Assembly: GCA_035221665.1 (NCBI GenBank)
Contig: CM069166.1
Span: forward strand, 3,968,001-4,032,000
Direction: 5' to 3'
Length of the DNA stretch: 64,000 nt
From: Okamejei kenojei
Taxonomy: Eukaryota
Position numbers and translations under genes: made by a program. Positions 24,521 through 36,657 of the stretch are shown here, piece by piece (the stretch's first letter is position 1; each line of letters starts with the position of its first letter). The notes below the pieces were generated by a model. It saw nothing but the letters and a program-made list of their open reading frames with translations, did not search any database and was not told where the DNA came from.

Positions 24521-27500
24521 CACGTGAGTGACTACGTGAAAAAGCACCGCCTGGAGCATGATCGGCATTACGTCGACGCTGACGGCAGAGGAAGAGCTGC
24601 AAAGCGCAGCTCCACCAGCGGTAAGGAACAGGCCCGCAGGTAAGTACATTGAATTACTTACAGGGCATGTTTAAACTCCGTGGCGCTGGTGTGCAGAGCC
24701 AGCAGGAGTTAAAAGGAAAAAAAGATGCGTCCCGAGTAAAAGCTCAGCGATCGGGACGGCAGATTAGTGCGGAGCCAGTTCCGATACCGGTGGCCGTTGA
24801 AATTAACCGTTAGGGAGACTAGTCGCTCCACAAAATTTAGCCATGGGAAAAAACTCCAGTGGGGAGGAATATTAAGAAGTCTGAGAGGCCATGGTTTTAA
24901 ATGTTTCTAATAAGAAAAGGCCTCCAGACAAGAAAGCTTTATGGCTCAAAATAAATTAAATGGAGAAATGCTCCAGATTAAAAATCTCAACCAAAAGGGT
25001 TTACAAGACCCAGAATATTCCCAAAACAGACCCTGAGGGGTTTCCATATACAAATATATGGTGTTTTTACCAATGTGGGAATGTCTACCTCAGATTAGCC
25101 TGGAGGTAGTCTCCTTGAGCAAAATCTCAGGAGTACCAGGGCAGTAAAAGAAAAGGAAAAACTGACCCTGAAAGTTGTGGCTGGTCATAAGTACCCACCA
25201 CAGCACAAATATAAATACAGGTGTACTAAGTACGATACCTGAATGAAGGGGTGAGGCCATGGAAGGTAACCATGGTGGCCAACATTAATTGGTTTCTCAA
25301 CAGCTTCATGAGGCTGTTATGATTGAAACAGCAGATTTATAGATAAAACATTTGTGTTTTACTAGGGTGCCAACGGAGAATCCGATTTAGGTACTCATGT
25401 CTTCAATTATATGGAGGCACAAGGGAATACGATTTCAAAGAAATTCAAGTTGGTGTGTGGCATCACTGCTTGTGCGAAGCAAGTGAAAGATTGTGCAATG
25501 ACCAACTTGTTGATAACAAGTTGGCATTGTTTTGGAGCTCATATGTTGAGCTCAATGGTATAAGAAATAATTGCTATTGGGACCATTTTGCACTTTAGAT
25601 TTGCAGGTCAATACAGATCAAGCTATGTTTAAACCTGATTATTTATGGAGTAAACCTGCCTAAAAAATAAACCAAAGACATTGATAACAAGAAAACTCTA
25701 TCGGTCATTAAACTTTGGCAAAATTGTGGTCCAATGTAAAGATTTGATATTGGATCAAACAGAGGCAGGAGTATGGTAAGAAAGTATTTTATCCAGCACA
25801 GCCGTTTGTTAACCCATATGGTTGGGGAGAGAAGGCCTTCATGTGCATTTGAAGAGGTGCAAAAACCTGTTACAGAGGAAGTTGATGAAATCTCCAATTG
25901 TGGGAGATTACAGGTGTGTTATGATAAATGATATTGCATAACAACTGATTGATTTATTTTACTGTGTAAGGATCTACAAAAAAAAATTGTAGAAAGAGTT
26001 GATCCACCTGTACAGAATAAACCTAAATCTTATTTTAGGTTTGCACCTGAAATATCTCAAATAAAGAAGAGGTAAGAAAATTTGTATCAAATAATTTCCC
26101 CAGGAAGAAGGAAGATGTGGTTGTAAAGCTATGCTAGACATCACTTTAAATATACTTATATAGTGTAAAACATTTTTTTCAAAATGGACATCTTCAACAC
26201 TGCAAGACAGTTGTTATCAACAAGTTGTTACTATAAGACTTGAAGGATGGTATATTTTAGTACCAATTTATTATCATGTTCACGGGTACTTGAAATTAAT
26301 TAGATGGGTCAGCTGTTGCAAGTTAGGGCATTATCTAATGGATTAAGCTCAGATTCTAGGATGTTCACACAATTATTGGAACCAGCACTTGCACTGATAA
26401 AGACACCAGCACTTGCACTGATAATGACACATGGTCATGGTTTATCTTGATCACAGTTTAAATTGGCAATGTTGATCAGGAGTCAGCTGAAAATTAGTGC
26501 AGCAATTACAAGCCTGTTGAGGGGCAAGGGTCCTGACCCATCCAATAAAAACTAAGTTTTAGGCAATTCCTAAACAAATTACTATTCCAGGTTTGTGAGT
26601 GATTCAGTACCATGTGGGGGAAAAAAATTACCAAGAGACAAAGTGTCAATATTACAAATGTGTGTCATTGCTTTGTTGACAAAGCTTATCCCACCATCCG
26701 AGAAGGAGCTTAGGTAAGTTAGTAACAATATTCAGCAATGGAGTTGGTTCACTGCATTACCAAAAAAGCTCCAAAAAAGATAAAAACACAAGCATTATAA
26801 GAGTGTGCAGGCATTTTTTGACAGGCTTATGCAATTGCCAAAGGATGCTTTATCAGAATTACAGTGGTGGATAGAGAATGTTCCACACACTGCTTTTAAA
26901 CATATTAGCTCAGCAGCCATTGCAAACTGAAGCAAGTATTCTCGGATGGTGGATAGCTTCTGTGGTTATTTGGGCAAAATTAGTACAATATCTGTTCTTA
27001 TCAGGTTAATATCTGACACGTCCCTCGTTCAGGGGACTACGGACAATTACAGCAGGGAGTGGCAAATGGATTGTCCAAGAAAACTTATTTCTCCAAGCAT
27101 TTGTATTAATTATTTGGAGTGTCAGGAGCTTTTATGGATTAAAAGCTTGTTGTTCTACTATGAAAGATTTGCATGTCCAATCAGGTGGACAATACCACAG
27201 CTGTGGCATATATCAATGACATGGGTCAAGGAAGATCATTATCATGTGATTATCTGGGTAACCAGATGTGGCATTGGTGTATCTCTAAGAATATTTGAGT
27301 TCAGCTGTTTATCTCCAAGGGAGAGACAATGTTGTGGCAGACAGCAAATCACAGGAAAAAATTGAAAGACAATATAGAATAGATGTGAAATTCACAAGTT
27401 TGGAAAAACATTGTCAGTGGTATGGATTACCTAACATTGATCTGTTTGTGTCTAGATTAAATCACTAATTGCCCAAATGTTTCTTGTAGGAGCCCAACCC

Positions 27501-29071
27501 AGGAGCAGTAGCGGTGGATGCATTATCGCTAAATTGGATGGGGAAAGATGTTCTTTTATGTTCCCCATTCTGTCTGATAGGGCAGTGTCTGATGAAAATG
27601 TAGCAGGACGCTGCCAGGGGCACTTTGGTGGCCCAAACCGGACTGTCATGGTTCTCATTAATGTTGAGAGTGATGTTTGAACCAGTTATGATGACTCATA
27701 GGTGCAGTAATTTATTGTCGTACAAATTCATCCATGGCATGACAATATGAATTTGGCTATCTGCAGGTTTGACCAGACCATTATAACAGTTTGACGGTCA
27801 AAGAGGTCTATGAATGTTTTAACAATATAACAATTATGTACAAAAAAAATGTTATACCTGCAATTTGGAGAAATAGCATTAAAAAACAATATTTTGTTTT
27901 ATAAGAAATTGGAAGTCTTTTGTAGATAGTAAAAGTTATTTTATCATATTAGATATATGGGAGTTCCTTGTGGATTGCATTTTTTCTCAGCATCTAAGTG
28001 ACAGGGCCAATAATAGGGCTCATAGTGTTTATCGTCCTATTTAGGACAAATTGCTGACCAAGAATTTATCGGGCTCATCCGTAATATCCCGTTATGTAAA
28101 AGAATATATATATTCTGTCCAAAGTTGAAATACAGAAGTTGGGAGGTCAGCATAGTCCTGACTTGCCTTAGGCGAATTCTATCAATGATTCAAAAAATTA
28201 ACATTGAAAGTAATAATGCTCACAGCGCTACTTATTACACATAAAAACCACATAAAGTATCAGTACAAACCGATGGTTCTAGATAGTTACATTCTAGATG
28301 GTTAAAACAGGTTTGAGACTCAGCAGGCGTAGACATTGAGATGTGAAAAATCACTCCATTAGGGAGGTAGATACATCCACAGTAAAGGCACAGGATGGGC
28401 CGCTCGATCAATAATTAGAGGCCTTAGGAGGATGGAAAAGAAATTTTCAAAGTTACGAGGAACCAGTCATGGTGTAAGGGTTGGACACGCAGTGTTGGTT
28501 TCTCTGTGATTGTTGCTTTGTTTATATTATCAATTTATATTATCAATTGATATCTTTGGTTATAAATTTTGCCTTTTGATAGAAGGGGTATTACTTTCAT
28601 TCTTCTATAATGAAAAGATATTACATAAACTGAAGCAATGTTTGAAAAATGTATTATTTACTCACTACTGTGTTTACTGAGCCAGAGTGTCGTATGGAAT
28701 GAGTCTACGACATAAAAACACAGAGCTACAAAATCTTCACGTAGTCACTCACGTGACTCCGAAGTAAAATAGTAAGATTAAACGAGAACTTACCATTTCG
28801 AAGTTTGATCGTTATTTTATGAGGAGTAACTATGAGGGATTACATGCCCTCCACTCCCGACCCTCATAAAATAAATGATCATCTGGTAGTTCTAAATCTA
28901 TGTTGAGCCTTACTATCTTACTCCGGCTATTACGTTCTGTGTTTTTCATGCCGCTGCTTTGAAGTATGCCGATCATGCACCAGGCAGGGCTTCACATAAT
29001 CCCTCATCGTTACTCCTCATAAAATAACGATCAAATTTCGAACTGGTAAGTTCTCATTTAATCTCACTATT
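24521..29071 (+). mobile_element. DIRS1-type tyrosine-recombinase retrotransposon, full length but decayed
   Basis: Inverted termini (24536-24571 vs 28964-28995) and an internal complementary region at 28735-28846 that pairs with both ends. Degenerate RT (ALSNGLSS..RMFTQLLEP, YLDH), RNase H (QTEAS..GW, INYLE, VDNTTAVAYIN) and DLFVSRLN motifs. Confidence 0.85.
26953..27038 (+). pseudogene. U2: 3'-truncated U2 snRNA retrocopy (about nt 1-85)
   Basis: ATAGCTTCT...TATCTGTTCTTATCAGGTTAATATCTGACACGTCCC...GGGAC aligns to the U2 5' end (ATCGCTTCT...TATCTGTTCTTATCAGTTTAATATCTGATACGTCC). No Sm site; the branch-recognition GTAGTA is mutated. Confidence 0.8.
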
Positions 29072-29695
29072 AAAATATAATTTTCTGGAAAGACGATACA
29101 TGTCAACAGGTAAATTGGTTAAAAATGGAGAGGGAAGATTGTTTGCCTTTTAACACAGGCTCGATTCTTCTATCTCTAATACATCTGAATAAATCAACGT
29201 ATGAGCAAAATCTGATAATACACAGTACCCTACGTTTATGGAAACAGTTGAAATTAAGTCTTAAACTGAGAAATTTGTCTCTCCCTCTGCCTATTGCTAA
29301 CAATCCCTCGTTTAAACTGTCTACTTTAGATAAGGTGTTTGTTCAATGAAAAAACCTAGGAATTAATACTGTGGGAAACCTCTATAAGAAGGGGACTCTC
29401 CTCTCTTTTCAAGAACTACAGGAGAAATATCATTTGAAAGCAAGCAATCTTTTTAGATATCTTTAAATCCGAGATTATGTGAAAACATACACAAGACTGT
29501 CCTTTTATGGGTCCAGATACATTAGACGATTGTCTGAATAGACATGCCCACACAAGTAAGTTGATATCTTACATTTATAACGCTCTCTTAAATGTTGATA
29601 CTCCACCTTCTGAGATGTATAGGCGAGCATGGGAAGACGTGTTGGGTTTATCAATTTCAAAAGATATATGGGAAGAAAGCCTACTATACATACAT

Positions 29696-29790
29696 GAGGG
29701 GTCTGAAGAAGGGTTTCGGCCTGAAACGTTGCCTATCTCCTTCGCTCCATAGATGCTGCTGCACCCGCTGAGTTTCTCCAGCATTTTGTG
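29696..29790 (+). mobile_element. 95-bp Penelope terminal fragment with hammerhead core, inserted in the L1
   Basis: TSD TACTATACATACAT (29682-29695, 29791-29804); contains CTGAAGA-A-GGGTT-TC-GGCCT-GAAA-CGTT. Confidence 0.8.
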
Positions 29791-30399
29791 TACTATACAT
29801 ACATTACTGTTCTTTCAATGTCAGGCATTCCCTGATACAATTCAAAATATTGCATAGGCTATACTATTCAAAGACAAAATTGAATAAGATCTTCCCAACT
29901 GTCTCCCCTATCTGTGATAAATGTCTCCTCCATGAAGCTACCTTAACCCATTCCTTTGCATCCTGTATAAAGATACAAAACTTCTGGATGGGAATATTCA
30001 ATATCTTCTCTAAAACACTTAAAATTAAACTGGAATCAGATACAAAACTAATAATTTTAGGAATGTCAGAGGCCTGTTCTAAATTAACGATATTTCAAAG
30101 ACGTTTCCTTGAGAAAATTAGGCTTGTTTTGGCTGATAAAGTAGACCAATTTTCCAAAATATGGTCTCCTTTCACTGAATTTCTTCAACAACAGAATGGT
30201 TGAACACAAATTTAAAACCGATGCTTGGGATGGGGAAGGACAGTGGGGAATACTTCCATTTTTTTTTTCTTTCTCTTTTTTCTTCTTGCACTTCTTTGGT
30301 AGTTCAGGGGTCTTTTCTTCTCTCTCTTTTGCATCTTTTCTTCATTCTTTCCTTTTTTCTATTTTTCTCGATTTATGTATCAATTCCTAACACGATCCT

Positions 30400-31204
30400 A
30401 AAGGATCGTGTTAGGAACCTGGAGCAGCAGCTCGATGACCTCCGTCTGGTCAGGGAGAGTGAGGAGGTCATAGAGAGGAGCTACAGGGAGGCAGTCACTC
30501 CCAGACCACAGGAGGCAGACAAGTGGGTCACGGTTAGGAAGGGCAAGAGGCAGGGGCTAGAGAGTACCCCTGTGACTGTACAACTGGAAAATAGGTACTC
30601 GGGTTTGAGTACAATTGGAGGGGACAGTCTACCTGGGGGCAGCAACAGCGGCCGGGCCTCCAGCACAGAGACCGGCCCTGATGCTCGGAAGGGTAGCAAA
30701 AAGAGGAGGGCAATTGTAATAGGGGACTCTATAGTTAGGGGGTCGGGTGGACGCATTCGGGAAACCCGGATGGTAGTTTGCCTCCCTGGTGCCAGGGTCT
30801 CGCACGTGTCGGAACGTGTCCAAAAGATTCTGAAAAGGGAGGGAGAGGAGCCTGATGTTGTGGTACACATAGGTACCAATGACATAGGCAGAAAAAGAGA
30901 TGAGGTCCTGAAGGGAGAATTTAGGGAGTTGGGGGGAAAGTTAAGGAGAAGGACCAAAAGGGTAACGATTTCAGGATTACTGCCTGTGCCGCGTGACAGT
31001 GAGAGTAGGAATGGAATGAGGTGGAGGACAAATGCATGGCTGAGGGACTGGTGCAGTGGGCAGGGATTCAAGTTTCTTGATCACTGGGACCTCGTTTGGG
31101 GAAGGCATGATCTGTACAAAAAGGACGGGTTGCACTTGAACCCGAGGGGGACCAATATCCTGGCAGGGAGATTTGCAAAGGCTACTGGGGAGACTTTAAA
31201 CTAG
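30400..31204 (+). CDS. CR1 ORF1 (coiled coil plus SGNH/GDSL esterase), 5'-truncated
   Basis: VIGDSIVR, CLPGA, VVVHIGTNDIG and DGLHLN catalytic blocks; the ORF-track N-terminus (30200-30399) is L1 3'UTR read-through. Confidence 0.85.
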
Positions 31205-31250
31205 AAGGCTGGGGGGAGGGACTCTGGTAGAGGGGGCTAGGGGACAGGGT

Positions 31251-34156
31251 GTGGGGCAAGAGGCAGAGAAGGGAAGCACTCGGACCCAAAATGTAGGCGA
31301 GAAAGAGGAAAAAGATAATAGACAGAGAATAAGGGATGGTGGGTTTATAAAATGTGTATATTTTAATGCTAGGAGCATTGTAAGAAAGGTGGATGAACTT
31401 AGAGCCTGGATTGACACCTGGAAATATGATGTTGTGGCAATCAGTGAAACATGGTTGCAGGAGGGCTGTGATTGGAAACTAAATATTCCAGGATTTCGTT
31501 GCTTCAGGTGTGATAGAATTGGAGGGACCAGAGGTGGAGGTGTTGCATTGCTTATCAGAGAGGATATTACAGCAGTGCTTTGGCAGGATAGATTAGATGG
31601 CTCGTCTAGGGAGGCTATTTGGGTGGAACTGAGAAGTGGGAACGGTGTAGCAACACTTTTAGGGGTGTATTATAGACCGCCAAATGGGGAGCGAGAATTG
31701 GAAGAGCAAATATGTAAGGAGATAGCAGATATTAGTAGTAAGCACAAGGTAGTGATTGTGAGAGATTTCAATTTTCCAAAAATAGACTGGGAAACACATT
31801 CTGTAAATGGGCTGGATGGTTTGGAGTTTGTAAAATGTGTGCAGGATAGTTTTTTGCAGCAGTACATAGAGGTATCGACCAGAGAACGGGCAGTGCTGGA
31901 CCTCCTGTTAGGAAATGAGACAGGTCAGGTGACGGAGGTATACGTTGGTGAGTACTTCGGGACCAGTGATCACAATACCATTAGTTTCAATATAATTATG
32001 GAGAGAGTCAGAACTGGACCTAGGGTGGAGATTTTTGATTGGAGAAAGGCTAACTTTGAGGGAATGCGTAAGGATTTAAAAGGAGTGAATTGGGACACTC
32101 TGTTTTATGGGAAGGATGTAGAAGAGAAATGGAGGACATTTAAATGGGAAATTGTAAGAGTACAGAATCTTTATGTCCCTGTTAGGGTGAAAGGAAATAG
32201 TAAAAATTGGAAAGAGCCATGGTTTTCAAGGGAAATTGGACACTTGTTTCGAAAAAAAGAGAGATATCTACAATAATTATAGGAGATATGGAGTAAATGA
32301 GGTGCTAGAGGAGTATAAAGAATGTAAAAATAATCTTAAGAAAGAAATTAGGAAGGCTAAAAGAAGATATGAGGTTGCTTTGGCAAGAAAGGTGAAAGTA
32401 AATCCAAAGGGTTTCTACAGCTATATTAATAGCAAAAGGATAACGAGGGATAAAATTGGACCATTAGAGAGACAGAATGGACAGCTATCTGCAGAGCCAA
32501 AAGAGATGGGGGAGATATTGAACAATTTCTTTTCTTCGGTATTCACCAAGGAGAAGGATATTGAACTCTGTGAGGTAAGGGAAAAAAGTAGAGTAGCTAT
32601 GGAAACTATGAGATTTAAAGAGGAGGAAGTACTGACACTTTTGAAAAATATAAAAGTGGATAAGTCTCCAGGTCCTGACAGGATATTCCCTAGGACATTG
32701 AGGGAAGTTAGTGTAGAAATAGCAGGAGCTATGACAGAAATATTTCAAATGTCATTAGAAACGGGAATAGTGCCGGAGGATTGGCGTACTGCGCATGTTG
32801 TTCCATTGTTTAAAAAGGGTTCAAAGAATAAACCTAGCAATTATAGACCTATTAGTTTGACGTCAGTGGTGGGCAAATTAATGGAAAGGATACTTAGAGA
32901 TAATATATATAAGCATCTGGATAAACAGGGTCTGATCAGGAACAGTCAACATGGATTTGTGCTTGGAAGGTCATGTTTGACAAACCTTCTTGAATTTTTT
33001 GAAGCGGTAACTAGGGAAATTGATGAGCGTAAAGCAGTGGCTGTTGTCTATATGGATTTCAGCAAGGCCTTTGACAAGGTTCCCCATGGAAGGTTGGTTA
33101 AGAAGGTTCAATCTTTGGGTGTTAATGGCGGAGTAGCAAGATGGATTCAACAGTGACTGAATGGGAGATGTCAGAGTAATGGTGGATGGCTGTTTGTCAG
33201 GTTGGAAGCTGGTGACCAGTGGGGTGCCTCAGGGATCTGTGTTGGGTCCACTGTTGTTTGTCATGTACATCAATGATCTGGATGATGGGGTGGAAAATTG
33301 GATAAGTAAGTATGCAGATGATACTAAGATAGGTGGTGTTGTGGATAATGAAGTGGATTTTCAAAGTCTACAGAGAGATTTGGGCCATATGGAAAATTGG
33401 GCTGAAAGATGGCAGATGGAGTTTAATGCTGATAAGTGTGAAGTGCTACATCTTGGCAGGACAAATCAAAATAGGACGTACATGGTAAATGGTAGGGAAT
33501 TGAGGAATGTTGTGGAACAGAGAGATCTAGGAATAACTGTGCATAGTTCCCTGAAGGTGGAATCACATGTAGATGGGGTGGTAAAGAAAGCCTTTGGTGT
33601 GCTGGCCTTTATAAATCAGAGCATTGAATATAGGAGCAGGGAAGTAATGTTAAAATTGTACAAGGCATTGGTGAGACCAATTCTGGGGTATGGTGTACAA
33701 TTTTGGTCGCCTAATTATAGGAAGGATGTCAACAAAATAGAGAGAGAACAGAGGAGATTTACTAGAATGTTGCCTGGGATCCAGCGACTATGTTACAGAG
33801 AAAGGTTGAACAAGTTAGGTCTTTATTCTTTGGAGCGCAGAAGGTTAAGGGGAGACTTGATTGTGGTCTTTAAAATGATGAAAGGGATAGACAGAGTTGA
33901 CGTGGATAAGCTTTTCCCATTAAGGGTAGGGAAGATTCAAACAAGAGGGCATGACATGCGAATTAAGGGACGGAGGTTTAGGGGTAATGTGAGGGAGAGC
34001 TTCTTTACTCAGAGGGTGGTGGCTGTGTGGAATGAGCTTCCAGCAGAAGTGGTGGAGGCAGGATCGATTTTAACATTTAAAAGTAAAGTGGATAGGTATA
34101 TGGACGTGAAGGGAATGGAGGGAATGGAGCAGGTAGATGGGACTAGGGGAAAATAA
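31251..34156 (+). pseudogene. CR1 ORF2 (APE endonuclease plus reverse transcriptase), disrupted
   Basis: YFNARS, ISETW, YYRPP, DFN and SDH (EN); NYRPISL, QHGF, DFSKAFD, GVPQGSVLGP and YADD (RT). Frameshift near 32250; TGA plus frameshift near 33155. Confidence 0.9.
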
Positions 34157-34300
34157 ATGGTCGGCACGGACTGGAAGGGCCGAGAGGGCCTGTTTCCGTG
34201 CTGTAATTGTTATATGGTTATATGGTTAATTTATAGAATGTTAAAAATGAAGCTGTACGAAAATTGTACAACTCTCATGCCGATTGCTTTATTCTTGTAT

Positions 34301-34448
34301 NNNNNNNNNNNNNNNNNNNNNNNNNNNNNNNNNNNNNNNNNNNNNNNNNNNNNNNNNNNNNNNNNNNNNNNNNNNNNNNNNNNNNNNNNNNNNNNNNNNN
34401 NNNNNNNNNNNNNNNNNNNNNNNNNNNNNNNNNNNNNNNNNNNNNNNN
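34301..34448. other. Assembly gap (148 N)
   Basis: Run of N. Confidence 1.
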
Positions 34449-34914
34449 CACCAGCACTCCCAAGTCTCTTGGCATCTCTGATTTTTTTGATTCTCACCCC
34501 ATTTAGAAAATGGTCTGCGCATCAACCACCAACCCTGGCAGTGCTTTCCAGGTACCCACCACCCTCTAAGTAAAATAGTTGCCCTACACATCTCCATTAA
34601 AGTTTGCTCCTCTCACCTTAAGGCTATGCCTTCTTGTATTTGATTTTTCCATCCTGGGAAAAAGTGAGTGTCTATCCCCTCTATTCCTCTCATAATTACA
34701 TACACTCCTATCAGGTCTCCCAGCGTTCCAGGGAAAACAATCCAAGCCTGCCCAACCTCATCCTGTAGCTAATGCCCCCAAATCCAGGCATCATTCTGAT
34801 AAACCTCCTCTGCACCTTTTCCAACGCTTTGCCCTTCCCGATATTCGGACATCGTTGGATGTCGGGAAAACACTGACAAATCCAAGGGAGGGAAGGAAAA
34901 TGAAAAGAAGCAGT

Positions 34915-35237
34915 ACCTACCTGCCATCAGGTAGAATGTACAGAAGCCTGAAATCTGGTACATCAAGGTTCAGGAACAGCTTCTTCTCCACAGCCATCAG
35001 GCTATTAAACTCGCCATCAAACAAAATCTGAACTATAATAGCCTATTGCATTTTATCTGTTTATTTCTGTATTGTAAACATAAATACAGAACAGTTCACT
35101 GTATCTATATAGCAGAGACCATATATATATATGAACTGTTCTGTATTTATGTTTACAATACTCTGTTGTGCTGCGGCAAGCAAGAATTTCATTGTCCCAT
35201 CTGGGACACATGATAATAAACTCCCTTGACTTGACTT
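34915..35237 (+). mobile_element. Rex1/Babar LINE 3' fragment
   Basis: LPSGRMYRSLK...FRNSFFSTAIRLLN C-terminal motif and (TTGAC)n tail. Confidence 0.75.
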
Positions 35238-36345
35238 AAATTAATTTCTGTTGCTAGAGAGACAATGAGAAAATAAATAGATTGTCAGGGAGTGTCTATG
35301 ATGTGGGGAAAATGAAAAGAGGTGGTGAACTGAGAGAATGTGGAGTGCAGCAGCATCATGATCAGAACACATGGTTACAGACAATAAAGATAGAAAATCT
35401 GGAACATTAGCCATTAATTTTTCTATTAAATCACCAATATTTTGTTTGGGACGGAATGACTTTATGACCTTATGGATAACAGCTTTTCCACAAAACACGA
35501 CATGGACATTATTCCAGATTGTCAGATTATTCCCATTGCCCTGACTGAAGGAAATGAGTAAACGGAGCCCAAAGTCAAAGTGTGTACACCTTATTCTAAA
35601 CTTATCTTGACAGTTACTTTCACATATGTGCTCAACTGCCAAGGAAATCCTATGAATCATGGTCAACGTTAATTTGCTGTTCACATGGTGGAAAGTGTTC
35701 TGGATTCTTGGAAGTTTTATTAAACAAACAGGGCGAGTATGCCCTCAGTTATTGCTGATCAAATCTGTTTATCTGCCTCTAACCATTTGTTCCCTGAGTA
35801 ATAAATGGGTGGGGAGAGATGAGGTGTGATGGGGTGGGGATGGGGGGAATAGAGCAGTTAGCTGTCTGAATAGAATGTAGCTGCCTGAAGAAGGGTCTCA
35901 ACACAAAACGTCACCCATTCCTTCTCTCTAGAGATGCTGCCTGGCCCGCTGAGTTACTCCAGCATTTTGTGTCTAACTTCGCTGTAAACCAGCATCTGCA
36001 GTTTGTTCCTACACAGAACAGTTAGCAAGCTTGTCTCACAGCTCCAACGACCTCCGTTCCATCCCGCCCTCTGGTGCTGTCTGTATGGAGTTAGCATTCT
36101 CTCCCTATCATTGCTTCCTGGGAGCCCTGGTTACCACTCACATCCCGGTAAACAGGTTTAACAGGATACTGTAAATTACTGGGAGGGCAGGAGGGTGGAA
36201 AGGGAATCAGAGGCATTGATAGTTGTGTGAAAGCAAATGGGTTATGATGAAATAAATGGGGAATTTAGACAGATGGCACTGCTCTGAGATCTGGTATATA
36301 GTCAATGGGCTGAATGACCTTTTTTTTCGTAATGAAATATATTAA

Positions 36346-36657
36346 GGGTGGCACAGTGGCTCAGCGGTAGAGTTGCTGCCTTACAGCGCCAGTGACCCGG
36401 GTTCGATCCTGACTACAGGTGCTGTCTGAACGGAGTTAGTACGTTCTCCCCGTGACCCATGTGGGTTTTCTCCAGTTGCTCCGATTTCCACCCACACTCC
36501 AAAGATGTACAGGTTTGCAAATTAATAGGCTTGGTTTAATTGTAAATTGTCCCAATTAAGTGAGTGTAGGATAGTGTTAGTGTGCAGGTATCGCTGGTCG
36601 GCATTGACTCGGTGGGCCAAAGGGCCTGTTTCCATGCTGTATCTCTAAACTAAACTA
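36346..36657 (+). mobile_element. V-SINE (HE1-like), full length
   Basis: A-box TGGCTCAGCGG, B-box GGTTCGATCC, body and tail as in the other copies. Confidence 0.8.

Larger units (their letters stand above)
30384..34227 (+). mobile_element. Young, near-full-length CR1 LINE (CR1-C) inserted in the L1 3'UTR
   Basis: ORF1 esterase, ORF2 APE-RT, 3'UTR with (ATATGGTT)n tail; 5'-truncated within ORF1. Confidence 0.9.
23263..34300 (+). mobile_element. Degenerate 5'-truncated L1-clade LINE ORF2, split by DIRS, PLE and CR1 insertions
   Basis: Pieces at 23263-24520, 29072-30383 and 34228-34300. RT motifs SYRAIAL, DQTGF, SLDAEKAFD, QG.RQG, LYADN and FRYLG; CDKC..HSF..C zinc knuckle. GLALxNFLFYHWAT continues as ..NIIFW across the DIRS. 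Confidence 0.85.
22599..34521 (-). mobile_element. CR1 fragment (CR1-B), split into 22599-23262 and 34449-34521 by an L1
   Basis: ORF 22672-22974 encodes the CR1 RT C-terminus (RRDLIETYRIVKGLDRVDVERMFP...RNFFSQWVVNLWNSLP). CR1-like sequence resumes after the N gap; flanked by TSD TCAACCA. Confidence 0.75.
22425..34835 (-). mobile_element. Old CR1 3' fragment (CR1-A), split into 22425-22598 and 34522-34835
   Basis: CR1 3'UTR breaks at TCAACCA (22592-22598) and resumes at TCAACCA (34522-34528). Confidence 0.7.

Noticed and set aside
26953-27038. Functional U2 gene, or target site of a U2-specific retroposon (Utopia/Keno)
   Set aside because: Lacks the Sm site, 3' half and promoter; the fragment is itself the insert and is not interrupted by a LINE.
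35241-35684. 147-aa minus-strand ORF
   Set aside because: No recognisable motif, splice context or coding-like composition.
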